A stretch of DNA of 64,000 nt from contig OX597827.1 in assembly GCA_951406725.2 (NCBI GenBank), positions 3,968,001-4,032,000 on the forward strand, written 5' to 3'. Below are positions 14,391 to 29,920 of the stretch, piece after piece. The DNA is from Octopus vulgaris. Taxonomy: Eukaryota. The position numbers were made by a program, and so were the translations under genes. Under the pieces are notes generated by a model. It did no database searches and was not told the DNA's origin. It saw nothing but the letters and a program-made list of their open reading frames with translations. Every line of letters starts with the position of its first letter. The first letter of the stretch is position 1.

Positions 14391-15029
14391 AAAGAGTGAG
14401 AGGGAGAGAAAGATAGATAGACAGAGAATATAGATAAATAGATGGGTAAGTAGATAGATCAATAGAAATGTAGATAGATAGATAGATAGATCAATAGATA
14501 GATAGATTGATAGATAGATAGATAGATAGATAGATAGACAGCTTTCACATATAGATGAATGCACACAATAGCTAGATATGTGTGCTTATATGTGTATATG
14601 TGTATGTCTCTGCATGTATATACATATACTCTGTTTCTCTCTCTCATATACACACACACACATACACACACACACACTCACATGTAGTCTTACACACATA
14701 TAATTGTACTGTGTGGACAGAGAGAGAGAGAGAGAGAGAGTATGAGGAAAATATGGATAAATATAGCAAAAGAAATGTATAAGAGTAAAAAAGTAATTTA
14801 TAGGTGTATATGTAAGGGTGCAAAATACATACATTCAAAATGTGACGTGAGGTATATATGAAAGAGGGTATATATATGAAAAGGGGTATACATGAAAGTA
14901 GAAATGTGTAAGGTTTGCATAAATAAGATATATGAGAAATGTACCAAACAAGTGATTTATATATCAGAGGCTAAGCGAGACAGGTAAATAAGCATGTGTG
15001 TCTATTGGCATATGCATAACTATCAGTGT

Positions 15030-15240
15030 TGTTTAACCTCAGGTCGGCTTTGATCGCGCAGACATATGATCAAAAGTATTCCGGCCATGACCTTCCCAAT
15101 TATTTCATAGTGCAAGGAACCCACAGTCACATTATTTTAAAGTTTTACTCTTCTGAGGTGGCAGGGTGGGGTATGAGGGAGATTTAGATGCTATTTTTAG
15201 CAGACTGAATGTCTGCTATAGACAAGCTCCCATGTGTGAC
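15030..15240 (+). mobile_element. Unclassified dispersed repeat (copies also at ~38938-39140, ~42478-42690 and reversed ~34060-34210)
   Basis: Shared motif CCCAGGTC..C..TGATC.AGCAGAC.TATGATCAAAA..TTCC.G and GATTTGAGGGAGATTT. Confidence 0.65.
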
Positions 15241-15258
15241 TATGTGAATATGCATGTG

Positions 15259-15301
<43 letters not shown>

Positions 15302-15779
15302 GCATCTCTCTCTCTCTGTTTGTATAAGTGAGTGAGTGTGCATGTGTACATGTATGTATTTGTATGCTTCTGCCCATTTTTGCATACTTCTGCATGAATG
15401 AATGCTTGTATGCACAAGTGTGCATTTATCCTCATTACTTCTTTAGTTTCTTTAAAACATTGTGGCTACAGCCATACTGGAGCACTAAATTCATTTGTGT
15501 GTCTGTGTGCATATGTGTGTGCATATGTGTGGATGTGTGTGCATATGTATGTATCTCTATAAGTTTGTTTTAGCCAACATGCTTGTGTAATTCTTCCACT
15601 ATTACCTATGTGGATATATACATACCACACTACAAACACACATATACACATGTAAACAAATACACACAGACACACACATACACTCACACACACACACGCA
15701 CACACAGACACACACACACACACACATACACACACTCACACATGCATATATTTTTCTTCTCTAGAAATAATGACCAAAG

Positions 15780-15962
15780 TTTTTTGGGAGGGGACTAGCG
15801 GATTAGATCGACCCCAGTGCGTAACTGGTACTTAATTTATCGACTCTGAAAGGATGAAAGGCGAAATCAACCTCAGCAGAATTTGAACTCAGAACGTAAA
15901 GACAGATGAAATACTGCTAAGCATTTTGCCCAGCGCACTAACATTTCTTCCACCTTGCCTTA
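15780..15962 (-). mobile_element. SINE of the 43553/44285 family
   Basis: Reverse complement matches GTTCTGAGTTCAAATTC..CCTTTCATCCTTTC.GAGTCGATAAATTAAGTACCAG. Confidence 0.85.
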
Positions 15963-16434
15963 TATATATATATATATATAGATATACATAGATGTACATA
16001 AATATATATATATATATATATTCATGTGTGAGAGAGAGCTTAGATATATGTATGTGAATGAGTGAGAGAAAAACAGCGAGGGTGTATGAGTATATGTGAA
16101 CAGGTATGAATTCAACTTCACTGATGAAATGAGACAGAAAGCAGAAACTTCAAATTAAATCTGCAATGTTTTATGTTTGTTGTATGTAGCATAATACCAA
16201 CCGCACTTAACGCTCAGATATTTCATACGAAATACAGACACACACTTACAAACACCCACACCCACACACACACACACACACACACAGATGTATACACACT
16301 CATACACATACAGAGTAAAACAGACACATGTATATGCACATATTAATCAATAGGAAATTTATTTTCTTATCATTTCTGTTTGTAGTTTTGTTTGATAACA
16401 CTTACTTCCATATATATATATGTGTGTGTGTGTG

Positions 16435-16533
<99 letters not shown>

Positions 16534-16653
16534 GTATATGTATATGTATATATATGCCATTTTATATAACATACATATGAATATATACACATATATATAT
16601 ACAGATATATATATACATTTACCTGAGTATATGAATGTATATGCATGTGTATG

Positions 16654-16693
<40 letters not shown>

Positions 16694-17141
16694 ATATATG
16701 TATATACATATACCTATATAAATAATTGTGCAGAAACACACACATATATGTATATGTATACGCATGCATACATATATATACTCACTCAAACATAAATATA
16801 TGCACCCATACACATACATTGATATATATCATATATACATATACATATACATATCCACAGTAACAAAATGCATACTCCACAGGGTATATTGAAATGTGTG
16901 ATCATAAGGTATTCCCCAAAGAGCTCAACAAGCATACACCATGTGAAATATATGAAACTAGTTACAGGTTACCCAAACACCAGCATATCTTACTTCTCAA
17001 TAAAGTACATATTAAAGTACATAAAGTACAGTTTAATCAAATATTCTTATTTTTATATATATATATATATATGTGTGTGTGTGCATGTGTATGTGTGTGT
17101 GTGTAGATAGATATAGATAGATGTGCTTATATTTATACATG

Positions 17142-17237
<96 letters not shown>

Positions 17238-17631
17238 GTTCACTTTTGAGAGATTTTTCTCATGGTTATACATATGTGTATGTCATTAAAAAATATAAGA
17301 AACAATATCCTAGAACAAATGCAATTTCTTAAAAATCACAAAATGATGCTGTTTAAACTTGTAAATGTTTAAGTATGACCAGTTGAACACTGCGAATGAG
17401 AGACAGTCACAAAAGTATAAAGCTGAAAAAAATTAGGGTTTTTTTTGCCTAAAAGATATCAGAATAAACATGAAACAAAAATGGTATATATATGTATATA
17501 TAAATATATATAATATGTTCTCTCTAAGAAGACTTGTAAAAGTCAAGAAAACAAGAATTATGAATGTTACTAACTTAACTTTAAGCAAATCAAAGTGAAA
17601 GACAGGAAAACATTTCTGGAAACTCACTCAC

Positions 17632-17659
17632 CGATGCTTGTATATCTTATCCAGAGCAT
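17632..17659 (-). CDS. Candidate first coding exon (MLWIRYTSI, phase-1 donor) of an unidentified host gene
   Basis: GCAATGC start, strong donor CG|GTGAGT at 17631, upstream in-frame stop, and a possible acceptor near 17908. No homology support. Confidence 0.3.
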
Positions 17660-18066
17660 TGCTAGTCGAGGTGTGTATCCTGCTGTAGAGTTGTTCGGTT
17701 GGTTGTACGTTGAGTGACTGCTGCTGTTGTTTGGTGTTCTATGGTGTAATGTGGTGGTGGTGGTGGTGGTGGGGAGGTAGAGATGGTGTGGCGGCGATGG
17801 TGTGCTCCGTAGCTCAATCTGTTTGTTCTTTGTTGTGTGTATGTGTGTGTGTGTATGTGTGTGTGTGTGTGTGTGTGGGTGGGGATATAATTGACTATAG
17901 GAAGAATCTGTGATGCTAGCAAATAAAACTCTGTGTGTGTGTGTGTGAGAGAGAGAGACAGACAGACAGATAGAGACAGAGATAGAGTTTGTGTTAGTAT
18001 GCCTGTGTGTGTGTGTGGAAGTTTGTCAGTGTGTCTGTGTTACTTTGTATCTTTGTAGTCACACTA

Positions 18067-18120
<54 letters not shown>

Positions 18121-18469
18121 TGTATGCTTGCATTTCCAAGCATTCTATAAATGTGTATGCATGGGTGTACGTCTATTTGTGTGTCTTTGAGGCTGTGCAT
18201 TTTTTCCACATGGTTCATGCGTGTATGTACATGCATGTGTGTGTGTGAGTGTGTGTTTGTGAATTTATGTTAGTGTGTCAGTGTGTCTACTTTGTGTCTG
18301 TGTTGTCATGCCATGTGTGTGTGCTTGCATTTCCATGGATTGTATATATACATATGAATGTGTTGGGGTGTCTATGTGAATTTGTGTGTGTATGTATATA
18401 TGTGTGTGTGTGTTTGAGACTGTGTATATGTATTTTTCATTTGCATGTGTGTGTATATGTGTGTATGCG

Positions 18470-18540
<71 letters not shown>

Positions 18541-18876
18541 GTATGTGATTTTGTTCAAGCATGTGTATATATGTATGTTTTCTAGTGTGTTCCTATGCAT
18601 ATATCTGTATAAGTCTATGTGTGTGTATTAGTATGAATGTATTTGAGTGTTTCTGTGTATATAGTTATATACATATATATATGCATATATATATGTGTGT
18701 ACGGATTATACATATATATGTATGTATAATCCGTACACACATATATATATGCATATATATGTATGATATATATATATAGATATATATATATATACATATA
18801 TGTGTGTGTGTTGATATGCACACATGTGTACACACACATGCATGTGCATAAATAATATGTATAATGTGTGTGTTTG

Positions 18877-18908
<32 letters not shown>

Positions 18909-19454
18909 GTATAATAAGTATGTATGTGTGTGTATGTTTCTGTGTTTGTATCTATGTGTGTGTGAACTTGAGTGTATATGCTGTTTGTGGATCCTGGAAG
19001 AAATAGGATTTCAGGATATCATAGAAATAAATTTAATGGGGAAATGTTACACTCGTTCCTATTGAACTATGAATAAGTATATGCAGACACAACACAGACA
19101 CATGTAAGATAAGTGCTAGAACAATCTGACACGGTCTGACTGGCATGTATGTACATATATGTATACACACACACACACACACATATATGCATATATGTAT
19201 CTGTGTGTGTGTGTAGTGAGTGAGAGATAGATAAATTGATAGATAGATACATCTATGCATATATATATATATATGTGTGTATGTATATATATATATATAT
19301 GTATGTATGTATGTATGTATATATGTGCATGTTTATGTGTATGTACATATATATATGTTTGCATGTATATACATGAACATAATTACAGATAACTTGTGTC
19401 CGCATGTTAGTGTATAGATACATACATATATATACATATATACATACGTATCAT

Positions 19455-19720
19455 AAAGCAAAAAAGGGATCGAACCTCCTTCCCAAACCATAAGCTCAGA
19501 AAGGCTGGTTTCCTAGATTCTGTGATGTATAAGTTCCTCCAGGATGGGTTGGCTGTCCATAGCAGGATTACTCACTTTTGCCAGTTGAGTAGTTTGGAGT
19601 ATCATGAAATGAAATGTTTTGTTGAAGAACACAAGACATTGTCCAGTCCAGGAATTGAAACCACAATCTTAAGATCATGAGTGTGCAATACTCTAACCAT
19701 TAAACCACATGCTTCCACAT
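19455..19720 (-). mobile_element. tRNA SINE with V-domain-like motif
   Basis: Head and body resemble 11098-11362, followed by CCTGCTATGGACAGCCAACCCATCCTGGAGG resembling the V-SINE domain. Confidence 0.65.
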
Positions 19721-19784
19721 ATATACATGCATATATAAATGCATACACACACACACACACAAATACATGTATATGTATAAATTT

Positions 19785-19956
19785 GTGTCAGTCATTTGCC
19801 TGTGGCCATGCTGGAGCACTGCATTTAGTCGGAGAAATTAAGTCCAGGACTTATTCTTTGAAAGCCTGGTACTTATTCTATTGGTCTCTTTTGCCAACCT
19901 GCTAAGTCACGGGGACATAAACACGCTAACATCAGTTGTCAACGGTGGGAGAACAA

Positions 19957-20005
<49 letters not shown>

Positions 20006-20165
20006 TTTGATGGGCTCCCTTCAGTTTCCGTCTAGCAAATTGACTCACAAGGCTTTGGTTGGCCTGAGGCTATAGTAGAAGACACTTGCCCAAGGTGCCA
20101 TACAGTGGGACTGAACCTGGAACCATGTGGTTGAGAAGCATGCCTGTGTCTACACACAGCCATGT
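19785..20165 (-). mobile_element. CORE-type tRNA SINE
   Basis: Family match across head, CORE and tail. Confidence 0.9.
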
Positions 20166-20677
20166 CTGTACATGAAAATGTGTGCGAAAATTCAAGGTAA
20201 TTCAAAGAATCTTACACACATATATTTACATGTACGAGTATATATATTCAGATGGATGTATTGGAACAAATGTGCAACTCATCTATTTGTATGTACATAC
20301 GTGTATATGTGCATATGTATCTGTGCATCATATACTTACATTCCTAGGCATATATGTACATACAGACAGATTAACTGACCATAAATTTGCATAGATGTGT
20401 ATCTACAGGAAAATGGATCTTAGTTGGTTTGACTATGAGGTTTCAGTTGTTTGATCAACTAAATTACCAATCTCATTGAATTAACATGTAAGTGGTCGAA
20501 CATTCCGGACACGTGTACCTTTAATGTAATTCTCAGCCAGAATCTGCTTAAACACAGATAGCGACAAGTCTGTATCTTTGAGTTATAGCTATGATCCATT
20601 TGATGGGCTTCAGTACAGTTTCTGTCTACACAATTAACTATGTATTTATGGATGTATCTGCGTAGGCATTAATGTAT

Positions 20678-21200
<523 letters not shown>

Positions 21201-21212
21201 ACTCGCTCCTAT

Positions 21213-21244
<32 letters not shown>

Positions 21245-21978
21245 TGTATGTATGTATGTATGTATGTATGTATGTATGTATGTATGTATGTATGTATGGG
21301 TGTATGTATATGGTTGTATGTGTGTTTGTGTGCATGTATGAGTCTATGTATGAATGTATCTATGTGTGTATATATGTGTGCATGTATGTGCGTATGTATG
21401 TGTATATGCATATGTAGATAATTAAGTACATATATACATGCACACATATGTATGTACATATGTAACAGCTGTTGACTTGTGAGCCAACTGTGACTGTCAC
21501 CGACAAATTATTTTTCTCTCTCTTTTCTTTTAATAACTGTGGGACCTACAATGGCTTTTAAAGTCAACAAGTGACTTGCATTCTTCTGTAGAAGCAGAAG
21601 TCATATTCATGAGTTGCAATTGGTTACCTGTTCTGCACAGCACCTTGATTCTGAAAGTGAAAGTGCCTTGTGAGTCTAGATGGCTGGAAAATTGCTTACC
21701 TCATCAATTACATATAGAATTAAAAGAAAAGGATCAAAGGTCACTTAATTGAAACCACAATCTTAGAATCGTGAGTGTAACACCCGAACCACTAATCCAT
21801 ATCCCACCACATACATCAGATTAGATGCTAGAAATAGGATGTATTCAACCTGAAACCTTTCAGAGTGTTTATATATAGAGTACTCCTGAGGCCAGCTGGT
21901 GAGGCAAACTCATTCACATACATACATACATACATACATACATACATACATACATACATACATACATACATACATACA

Positions 21979-22012
<34 letters not shown>

Positions 22013-22279
22013 CATACATACATACATGCATAGGTTTGGTTGGATGGTTATAAACTTTACAGTAAAATCACAAAATCCAGGATTCAATCTGAATACTTGG
22101 TATCTCAGGCAAGTATCATTTACTGTTGTCTGAAATAGACATCCTCTTTGTCAATCTATATGTATATGTGGGTATGAATCTATGTATGTATATATACATA
22201 CATACATATATATATATAAATATAGTTAATAAAAATATATATATCAGCAAGAAGCACACCTAAGAACAGAGCAGTATTT

Positions 22280-22561
22280 GTTACGACAAAATTATATATC
22301 TTAGACATAGAATTACCCAAGGTTTTGCATCCACAAAGCCTTGTGAATAACTTATTAAACTCTATATAAAGACAAAAAATTTAAATTTCTACATCAAAAA
22401 TGTGAGGAAATTTATTTCTAAGCATTTCCTAACATTTGTGACATAGAAATTTTAAATTTTTGTCTTTATATAGAGTCTGAGAAGCTGTCCACAAGGCTTT
22501 GGCATTGTGGATGTGAAGCCTTGGATAACTCTATGTCCAAGATATAGACTTTTGTTGTAAC
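22280..22561. repeat. ~280-bp imperfect palindrome (foldback/MITE relic)
   Basis: GTTACGACAAAA..CTCTATATAAAGACAAAAA..AAATTTCTA is mirrored by TAGAAATTT..TTTTTGTCTTTATATAGAG..TTTTGTTGTAAC. Confidence 0.8.
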
Positions 22562-22562
22562 G

Positions 22563-22614
<52 letters not shown>

Positions 22615-22717
22615 GTATATATAGTAGATACATGTGTAGATACATATGTGTTTTGTGATTGTGAATGAACTTCTAATCTATTCAACCTTACATACACACA
22701 AACACACACACACATAT

Positions 22718-23223
22718 AAGGCTGAAAGGCATGAAGACAGAAACATTTCTCTTTGGTAGGGCTCTCATTGACTTCTTCAAGTTTCACTTGTAAAGGAAAT
22801 TGAGGGTGGAGAGGGAAGTGCTGTCCTCGAATGAATTTATCAAAAGGTGGGTGAAAGTTGTGAAAATGGCATGAGTGGATGGTACCTCTCTACATGTAGA
22901 CCTGTGAGTCAGAGAGAAGGAATTGGAGAGGGTTTTTGCTCTTGGGGCTTCAGAGAAATCTTGGAAAGTGATGTTTCTTGATTATTCCTAGAAGCCTTCC
23001 TGTATCAGGAGGACTCGAACTCTATCATCCTCCCTGACACTTTTTTTAACCTTTGTATGCTTTGTCTATGTCCCTTCTTTTTCAGTGTATACTGTGTATA
23101 TTTAATTTCTTTCTTTCTTACCTTCTTTTTTTATATCATTTCATTATATGTAAACACCCACACTTTATGTCAGTCTTTGTATTGTCCCCCACTCATCCTT
23201 TGCCCTTGTGGCAAATAAATGAA

Positions 23224-23225
<2 letters not shown>
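22718..23225 (+). mobile_element. 3' end of L1/Tx1-like LINE (decayed ORF2 C-terminus plus 3'UTR)
   Basis: Translates RLKGMKTETFLFGRALIDFFKFHL*RKLRVEREVLSSNEFIKRWV. Ends in AATAAA and (TTA)n. Confidence 0.55.
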
Positions 23226-23259
<34 letters not shown>

Positions 23260-23279
23260 GATGATGATGATGATAATGT

Positions 23280-23540
23280 TGCTGTTATTCTCCAACATAA
23301 ATCTTTTATGGCTGGGTTTTGTGTAATTATGACTCACCTCTTACTTGCACCTCAGAGGCACATTACCTCCTTCAGCACGTGAGCTGTTCCAAGCACTGCA
23401 GCAATTTGTGTACTCCCTGATATATCTGGTATGTCTAAGACCTCAGGTATTACACCCAGATCCTTTGAAATTATTCCAAGTGCACCAATTATTATTATTT
23501 CCATTTCACTTTTCATAACTCTTGATTTCACATTCTCCAA
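23280..23540 (-). mobile_element. R4/Dong-like RLE non-LTR retrotransposon, extreme 3' end
   Basis: IIIGALGII...QIAAVLGTAHVLKEV matches the R4/Dong C-terminal motif (IGALG...QKxxLLGTAxILR). Confidence 0.8.
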
Positions 23541-24258
23541 CTAATAATACAATAAGAGCAGACAACAACCTGTTTTCAAGGATCTCACAGGGTCTCTTTC
23601 CACAATAATTGACATCCTAGTACCAATCTCAAAATACTTTCTGCCTCCAACAGACAGTTTTCTGAGCATGTTCTACCATCATGTCAATCCCAATTTACTC
23701 AACAAATTACTCAAATTCGGTTGCTAATTCTCCCAGTACCCCAACAACTGCTGGGATGACAGTTACTTACATCATTGCCCACATTCATGCAATCATATCT
23801 TTTAGTGTTTTTTTTACTTCTGTCTTTTCCAGTTCTTTATCATCCACTCGTACTTCCCCAGGTATGGCAATATCAATGACTTTGGTTTTCCTTTGTCAGC
23901 TACAATAATATCTGGTCTCCAAGCATCAATCACTGAATCACCCTGGATTGTAAAATCCCACAAAATTTTGTACTTATTCTTCTTGGTGACACCTGATTGA
24001 TGCTCAAACCATTTCAATGTCTTCTCAAACAGTCTCCAGTGGACAAACTTAGTTAAGTTATTGTGCATCATTTTGTATTCTTTTTCAGCCAGTTTGCTAC
24101 ACTCACTCACAATATCTGAGACTATTTCATTTTTGGTTGCCACACACCCAACAAAGGGGCAATTCATTACTTTTATCTATTTGGAATTTGGTGTAATTAG
24201 TAATCAGAGTTTGTTCCTGAGCACTTCCTGTCAGTGCCTCAGTACAACCTTTCAGGTC
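23541..24258 (-). mobile_element. Second R4/Dong-like fragment (zinc knuckle plus restriction-like endonuclease), decayed
   Basis: IVSECSKLAEKEYK..HN..VHW..KILWDFTIQ.D..I.A.RPDIIV..K, then VIPAVVGVLG. Frameshifted and flanked by (TTA)n. Confidence 0.85.
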
Positions 24259-24259
24259 A

Positions 24260-24302
<43 letters not shown>

Positions 24303-24413
24303 GTTATTGTTGAATGAAAGAGCAGTGCATGCCATCAAAGTGACACTGGGCTACAAACATACAAAACCAAATATATAAACACACATATATGTACATATAT
24401 ACAAACATATATT

Positions 24414-24924
24414 CTGTAAATCCTCGAGTATAGTCCGCCCTTGAGTATAATGTGCAGGGGATTTTTAGGGGCTGTACCTCTGAAAAATTTAAACCTTGTG
24501 TATAATATGCACCCCTTCTCTAACTTGAGTCAAGGAGGTCTATATAATGTCCTTGGTTTGTAAAACTGTATACAGTAATGTCCTTTATTATTATTGTATA
24601 TATAACATAATGCAAACGTTTAGCTTTTTTGTGCATTCTGTTTGTAGAAAATAAAGAAATAACAGTAATAACGTTTAATAAATGTTGCTTACTGCAAGTT
24701 ATGGATGATTCTTTTATGACTTCATTGCTTTCAGGCTTAGCTTAAGGTATTTTCACGCCTGACATCACAAAATGCATCTGAATAAACATTGCCAGACAGC
24801 AAATAGAGACTCGGACATTGCTTAGAAAATATTATTCATTTTTAACCTCGTATATAGTACGCACAAGGGATTTTGACCTTTAAATTTTGGGGAAAAAATG
24901 CAGATTATACTCAAGGATTTACAG
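24414..24924. mobile_element. MITE / non-autonomous Tc1-mariner (pogo/Tigger-like) element
   Basis: TIRs CTGTAAATCCTCGAGTATAGTCCGC and GCAGATTATACTCAAGGATTTACAG, with TA on the right flank. Confidence 0.85.
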
Positions 24925-25187
24925 TATATATACACACATATACATGCACACACACACATGCACACATCCAACCACATACACATATATATATATATACATA
25001 TGTACAAGTACACATATAGTGATTAATCATTAATTCACATACACCTGTACAACAATACCTGCACACAGAATAACAGCACATGGATTCACATACATATATA
25101 AACATACAAATACACTTGTATGTAAATGAACATGTATTTTTACACAGACTAATGTTGCATGCATTTACATATATGAATACATATACT

Positions 25188-25605
25188 CCTTTACTTTTCT
25201 ACTTGTTTCAGTCATTTGACTGTGGCCATGATGGAGCACCGCCCTTAGTCTAGCAAATTGACTCCAGGACTTATTCTTTGTAAGCCTAGTACTTATTCTA
25301 TCGGTCTCTTTTGCTGAACCGCTAAGTTACAGGGACGTAAACACACTAACATTGGTTGTCAAGTGATGTTGGTGGGGACAAACACAGACACACAAACATA
25401 CACACACACACACAGACACATACATATATATATATACATATATACGATGGGCTTCTTTCAGTTTCCGTCTACCAAATCCATTCACAAGGCTTTGGTCGGC
25501 TCGAGGCTATAGTAGAAAACACTTGCCCAAGGTGCCACGCAGTGGGACTGAACCCAGAACCATGTGGCTGGTAAGCAAGCTACTTACCACACAGCCACTT
25601 CTGCA
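25188..25605 (-). mobile_element. Full-length CORE-type tRNA SINE
   Basis: A-box GTGGCTGTGTGG, B-box GGTTCAGTCC, CORE-like domain and tail. Confidence 0.92.
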
Positions 25606-26357
25606 CATACTTATGAATTCACATGTACATATATGCATAGCTGCACTTTCATATACACAGAACAATTGCACTTTTGCATAACTTCTACAAAATAAGTTTA
25701 CCATTCTTCATATACTTCTGCCTCGTCTCTTTCTCTCTTACTCACTCCTCCTCTCTTCTTCTGTGTGTGTGTGTGTGTGTATGTCTATGTATGTATATAA
25801 TATATATATATATATATTATTTATGCATATATATTTCTATGTGAATATATGCATGTATATATATATTTATATATAAATATATACACATCTATATTAGATA
25901 TGTATGTATAAAATATATATGTATACATATGTAATATATGTGTCTGTATACATATATGCATGTATGTATTTATGTATGTTTGATATTTTTAAAATTTTCA
26001 TTGAGTTGGCTTATATTTGCAAATATTATTTGAAGTATTCTTCCTCAAAACAATTCCATATTTTGGTTGGGTGATGTTGCCATTTAATAGCAGTGAAGGG
26101 ATCGATAGAGTCGGTGGTATTGACAGAGTGAGTTTATGAAGAGTTTCGTGAGTGTTTATTTACAACAAATATAAAACAATTGCCGATAATCAGAGAAACA
26201 AAATATTCCTTAATTTAATATTTATTGTTCTGAGATAATGCTACATAATTCTATTATTATTACATGTGTATGCGTGTATAATTGTATACATGTGTGCATG
26301 TGTCTGTCTGTGTTTATACATGCATGTACATACATGTATGCATACATTAATTTATAA

Positions 26358-26407
<50 letters not shown>

Positions 26408-26421
26408 ATATTTCGGAATGG

Positions 26422-26469
<48 letters not shown>

Positions 26470-26544
26470 TTATATATACATATATATATATACATATATA
26501 TATATGTATATATTTGTGTATAAATATATATGTATATATATTTC

Positions 26545-26995
26545 TTTTATTCTTTTATCTTTTCACTAGTTTCAGTCATTTGACTGTGGCCATGCTGGAG
26601 CACCGCCTTTTAGTTGAGCAACTCCACCCCAGGACTTATTCTTTGTAAGCCTAGTGCTTATTTTATCTGTGTCTTTTGCCAAACTGCTAAATGATAGGGA
26701 TGTAAACACACCAACACCGGTTGTCAAACGATGGTTGGGGACAAACACAGACACACAAACACACACACATACACACAGATACACAGGTAGACAGACAGAC
26801 AGACACACACACACACATACATACATATATACGACGGGCTTCTTTCAGTTTCCATCTACCAAATGTACTCACAAGGCTTTGGTCGGGCCTAAGCTATAGT
26901 AGAAGACACTTGCCCAAGGTATCACACAGTGGGATTGAACCTGAACCCATGTGGTTGGTGAGTAAGCTACTTACCACACAGCTGCTCCTGCACCT
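26545..26995 (-). mobile_element. Full-length CORE-type tRNA SINE
   Basis: Family match. Confidence 0.92.
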
Positions 26996-27046
26996 ATATA
27001 TGTATATATGTATCTATCTATCAATCTATCTATCTATCTATCCATC

Positions 27047-27342
<296 letters not shown>

Positions 27343-28389
27343 ATACTTACATATGCAGATATATAGATATACTTTTGTAGGAGTTTGATTGAGTAATCCA
27401 TATATACATGATGTATGTACATTTGCAACATATATATATATAGATAGATATATACATGTCTATATGTCTATACACATACTCATACACCCACATACATGTG
27501 TGCATCTATGTAAATGAATGAAACAGCAACAGCAGTGAAAGTTTTGTGATAATTGAAGTTTTAATATTTAATGAGATGCATAGAATCGTGGAGATGTCAG
27601 AACATTGGACTAAATTCCTTGAGGTATTTAAAGTTTCATTCTAAAGGTAGTGCTCCAACATGGTCGTGACCACATTGTCTAAAACTTGCTATGGAAGTTA
27701 AAAATATGCTCTAATATTCCAAGTTTAAATCATCTTGGAGCCAACTTTACCTTCTTTTCATTTGCGTCAAAGTGTTGTAAGGGCAGGCACATTTACGTAG
27801 GTACCAGAAATATAAGGATTCACACGGCATGAAAAGGGGTCAATTAATCAGCTTTATCTTTTTATCCATGAGTGAAAGCATGGCTTAGCGCCACCCAAGA
27901 ATAAAGTTAAAAGAAAACAAAAACAAAAAAATGAGTAAAAAAAATCAATACATTTTTTTTTTTACATGTTAAACATTTAACTGAAAAATATAAAGCAACT
28001 TGTTTCAAATTACAGGATTTTAAATAATTTATTTACTTTTACATTTTATTTTTAGTTTTTGATAAATTTGTAAAATTGGCAGTGGTGGTGGTGGTGGTTG
28101 TGGTGGTGTTGAAACAAGTAGCATATTATTTTATTATTACAACTATATGAGTGAGGAATGTGTATAGAGAGGAGGGTGTTTTTTTTTTTTTTTTTCCTGC
28201 GAACAATAGATTCAAAAGTATTCAATTTAATGACTGCGGAGGAGATAAAATAGCTTTAAGAAAATGAAATTTGGTGCAAAGATTGAATCGCAGTTCTTGA
28301 AATTAAATCAGATATTTTACTAACTTGAGTGCTTTGGTTTGTGAATGCCATATGAATGATGCAATTATAGGTTCAATGCTAAGACTGGG

Positions 28390-28485
28390 TTATTATTGTT
28401 GTTGTTGTTGTTGTTGTTGTTATTATTATTATTATTATTGTTGTTGTTATTATTATCATTATTAATATTATTATTATTATTATTA

Positions 28486-28526
<41 letters not shown>

Positions 28527-28552
28527 ATCATTATTATTATTATCATTATTAA

Positions 28553-28634
<82 letters not shown>

Positions 28635-28635
28635 T
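28390..28635. repeat. (TTG)/(TTA)/(GTA) compound microsatellite
   Basis: Direct reading. Confidence 0.95.
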
Positions 28636-29338
28636 TTACTTCATGTATTTTTTTAAAAATAAATTCGTATTTCCACTTCGCAGTACAGATATATTTTTGA
28701 AAATGTAATTAAAATACATTTTTTCGAATGGCTGGTCATCAGAGATACTGGCTGATATATGAAGGAAAGACTTACTATTCTTGTATGAATATGTAATGTG
28801 ACCGAATTCTTCACACACACACACACATTTGTATGTGTGTGTGGGGGGGATAAAATAGTCACAGGTGTAGCTGTCTGATTTAGCTTTTGAGTCACATGCT
28901 CGGGGCTTTTGTTTTGAGGGGTGTAGAACCACCTCTTAACTGCCATTGTTCCCAGCTTTACTCAGACCCAGAACAGTAGCGCCTATTGGGGTCCAAGCTA
29001 TGAGTGAAATATCATGTGAACAACTGGGAGTAAAGGACCCTTAGTTTTCATTAGACTTCCTTCTAGGAGAGGGTAAATTTGTATAAAAAATCTCAAAGTG
29101 CAATTGGATTCTGGGTGACACAACTTCTCTTGTGCCACTGTTTTAATAGTTGATTGTGCTGAAAGTGGGTTCAGTGCTGTGCCACCCTTTATCCACTCAA
29201 AACAAATTTGTGTGCAAGAACTTCTTGCAGTCTTGGAATGTTTGCACAAATGTACTGAGTTTAGGCACTGGTTTTACTTGGTCACGAGTTGACTTCCACC
29301 TTGTACATAGATGCATGTATACGTGTATATATGGGTGG

Positions 29339-29414
<76 letters not shown>

Positions 29415-29818
29415 ATGTATTCTGAACCATTGAATACAGACATGTCTGAATAACTGTTTCGGAATTATGAGGTCCTGGGTTTGATCCTGTTCTCGGGAAA
29501 TGTTTCTTACCATAATCTTGGGTTGACTCAAGCTTTGTAATTCTTCGGAAGTCTGTCTGATGAATCCCGCTTGTATATCAAAGAACCGAGTCTCGTCATA
29601 CACATTCTGTGATGCTGATTTTGGCTGGTAATTGTATTAAAAGTATGCGTCTGTGGAACTAACTTAATACAGATAATTCAATTGATCGAGCACTTGGAAG
29701 ATTCATCATCAAAACCAACAGAAGCTCACTTCATATATACCTGTATATATATACATACACATATATACACAAACATGTGTATGGGTGTATTATATTCTGT
29801 ATGTATATACATGTATTA

Positions 29819-29920
<102 letters not shown>

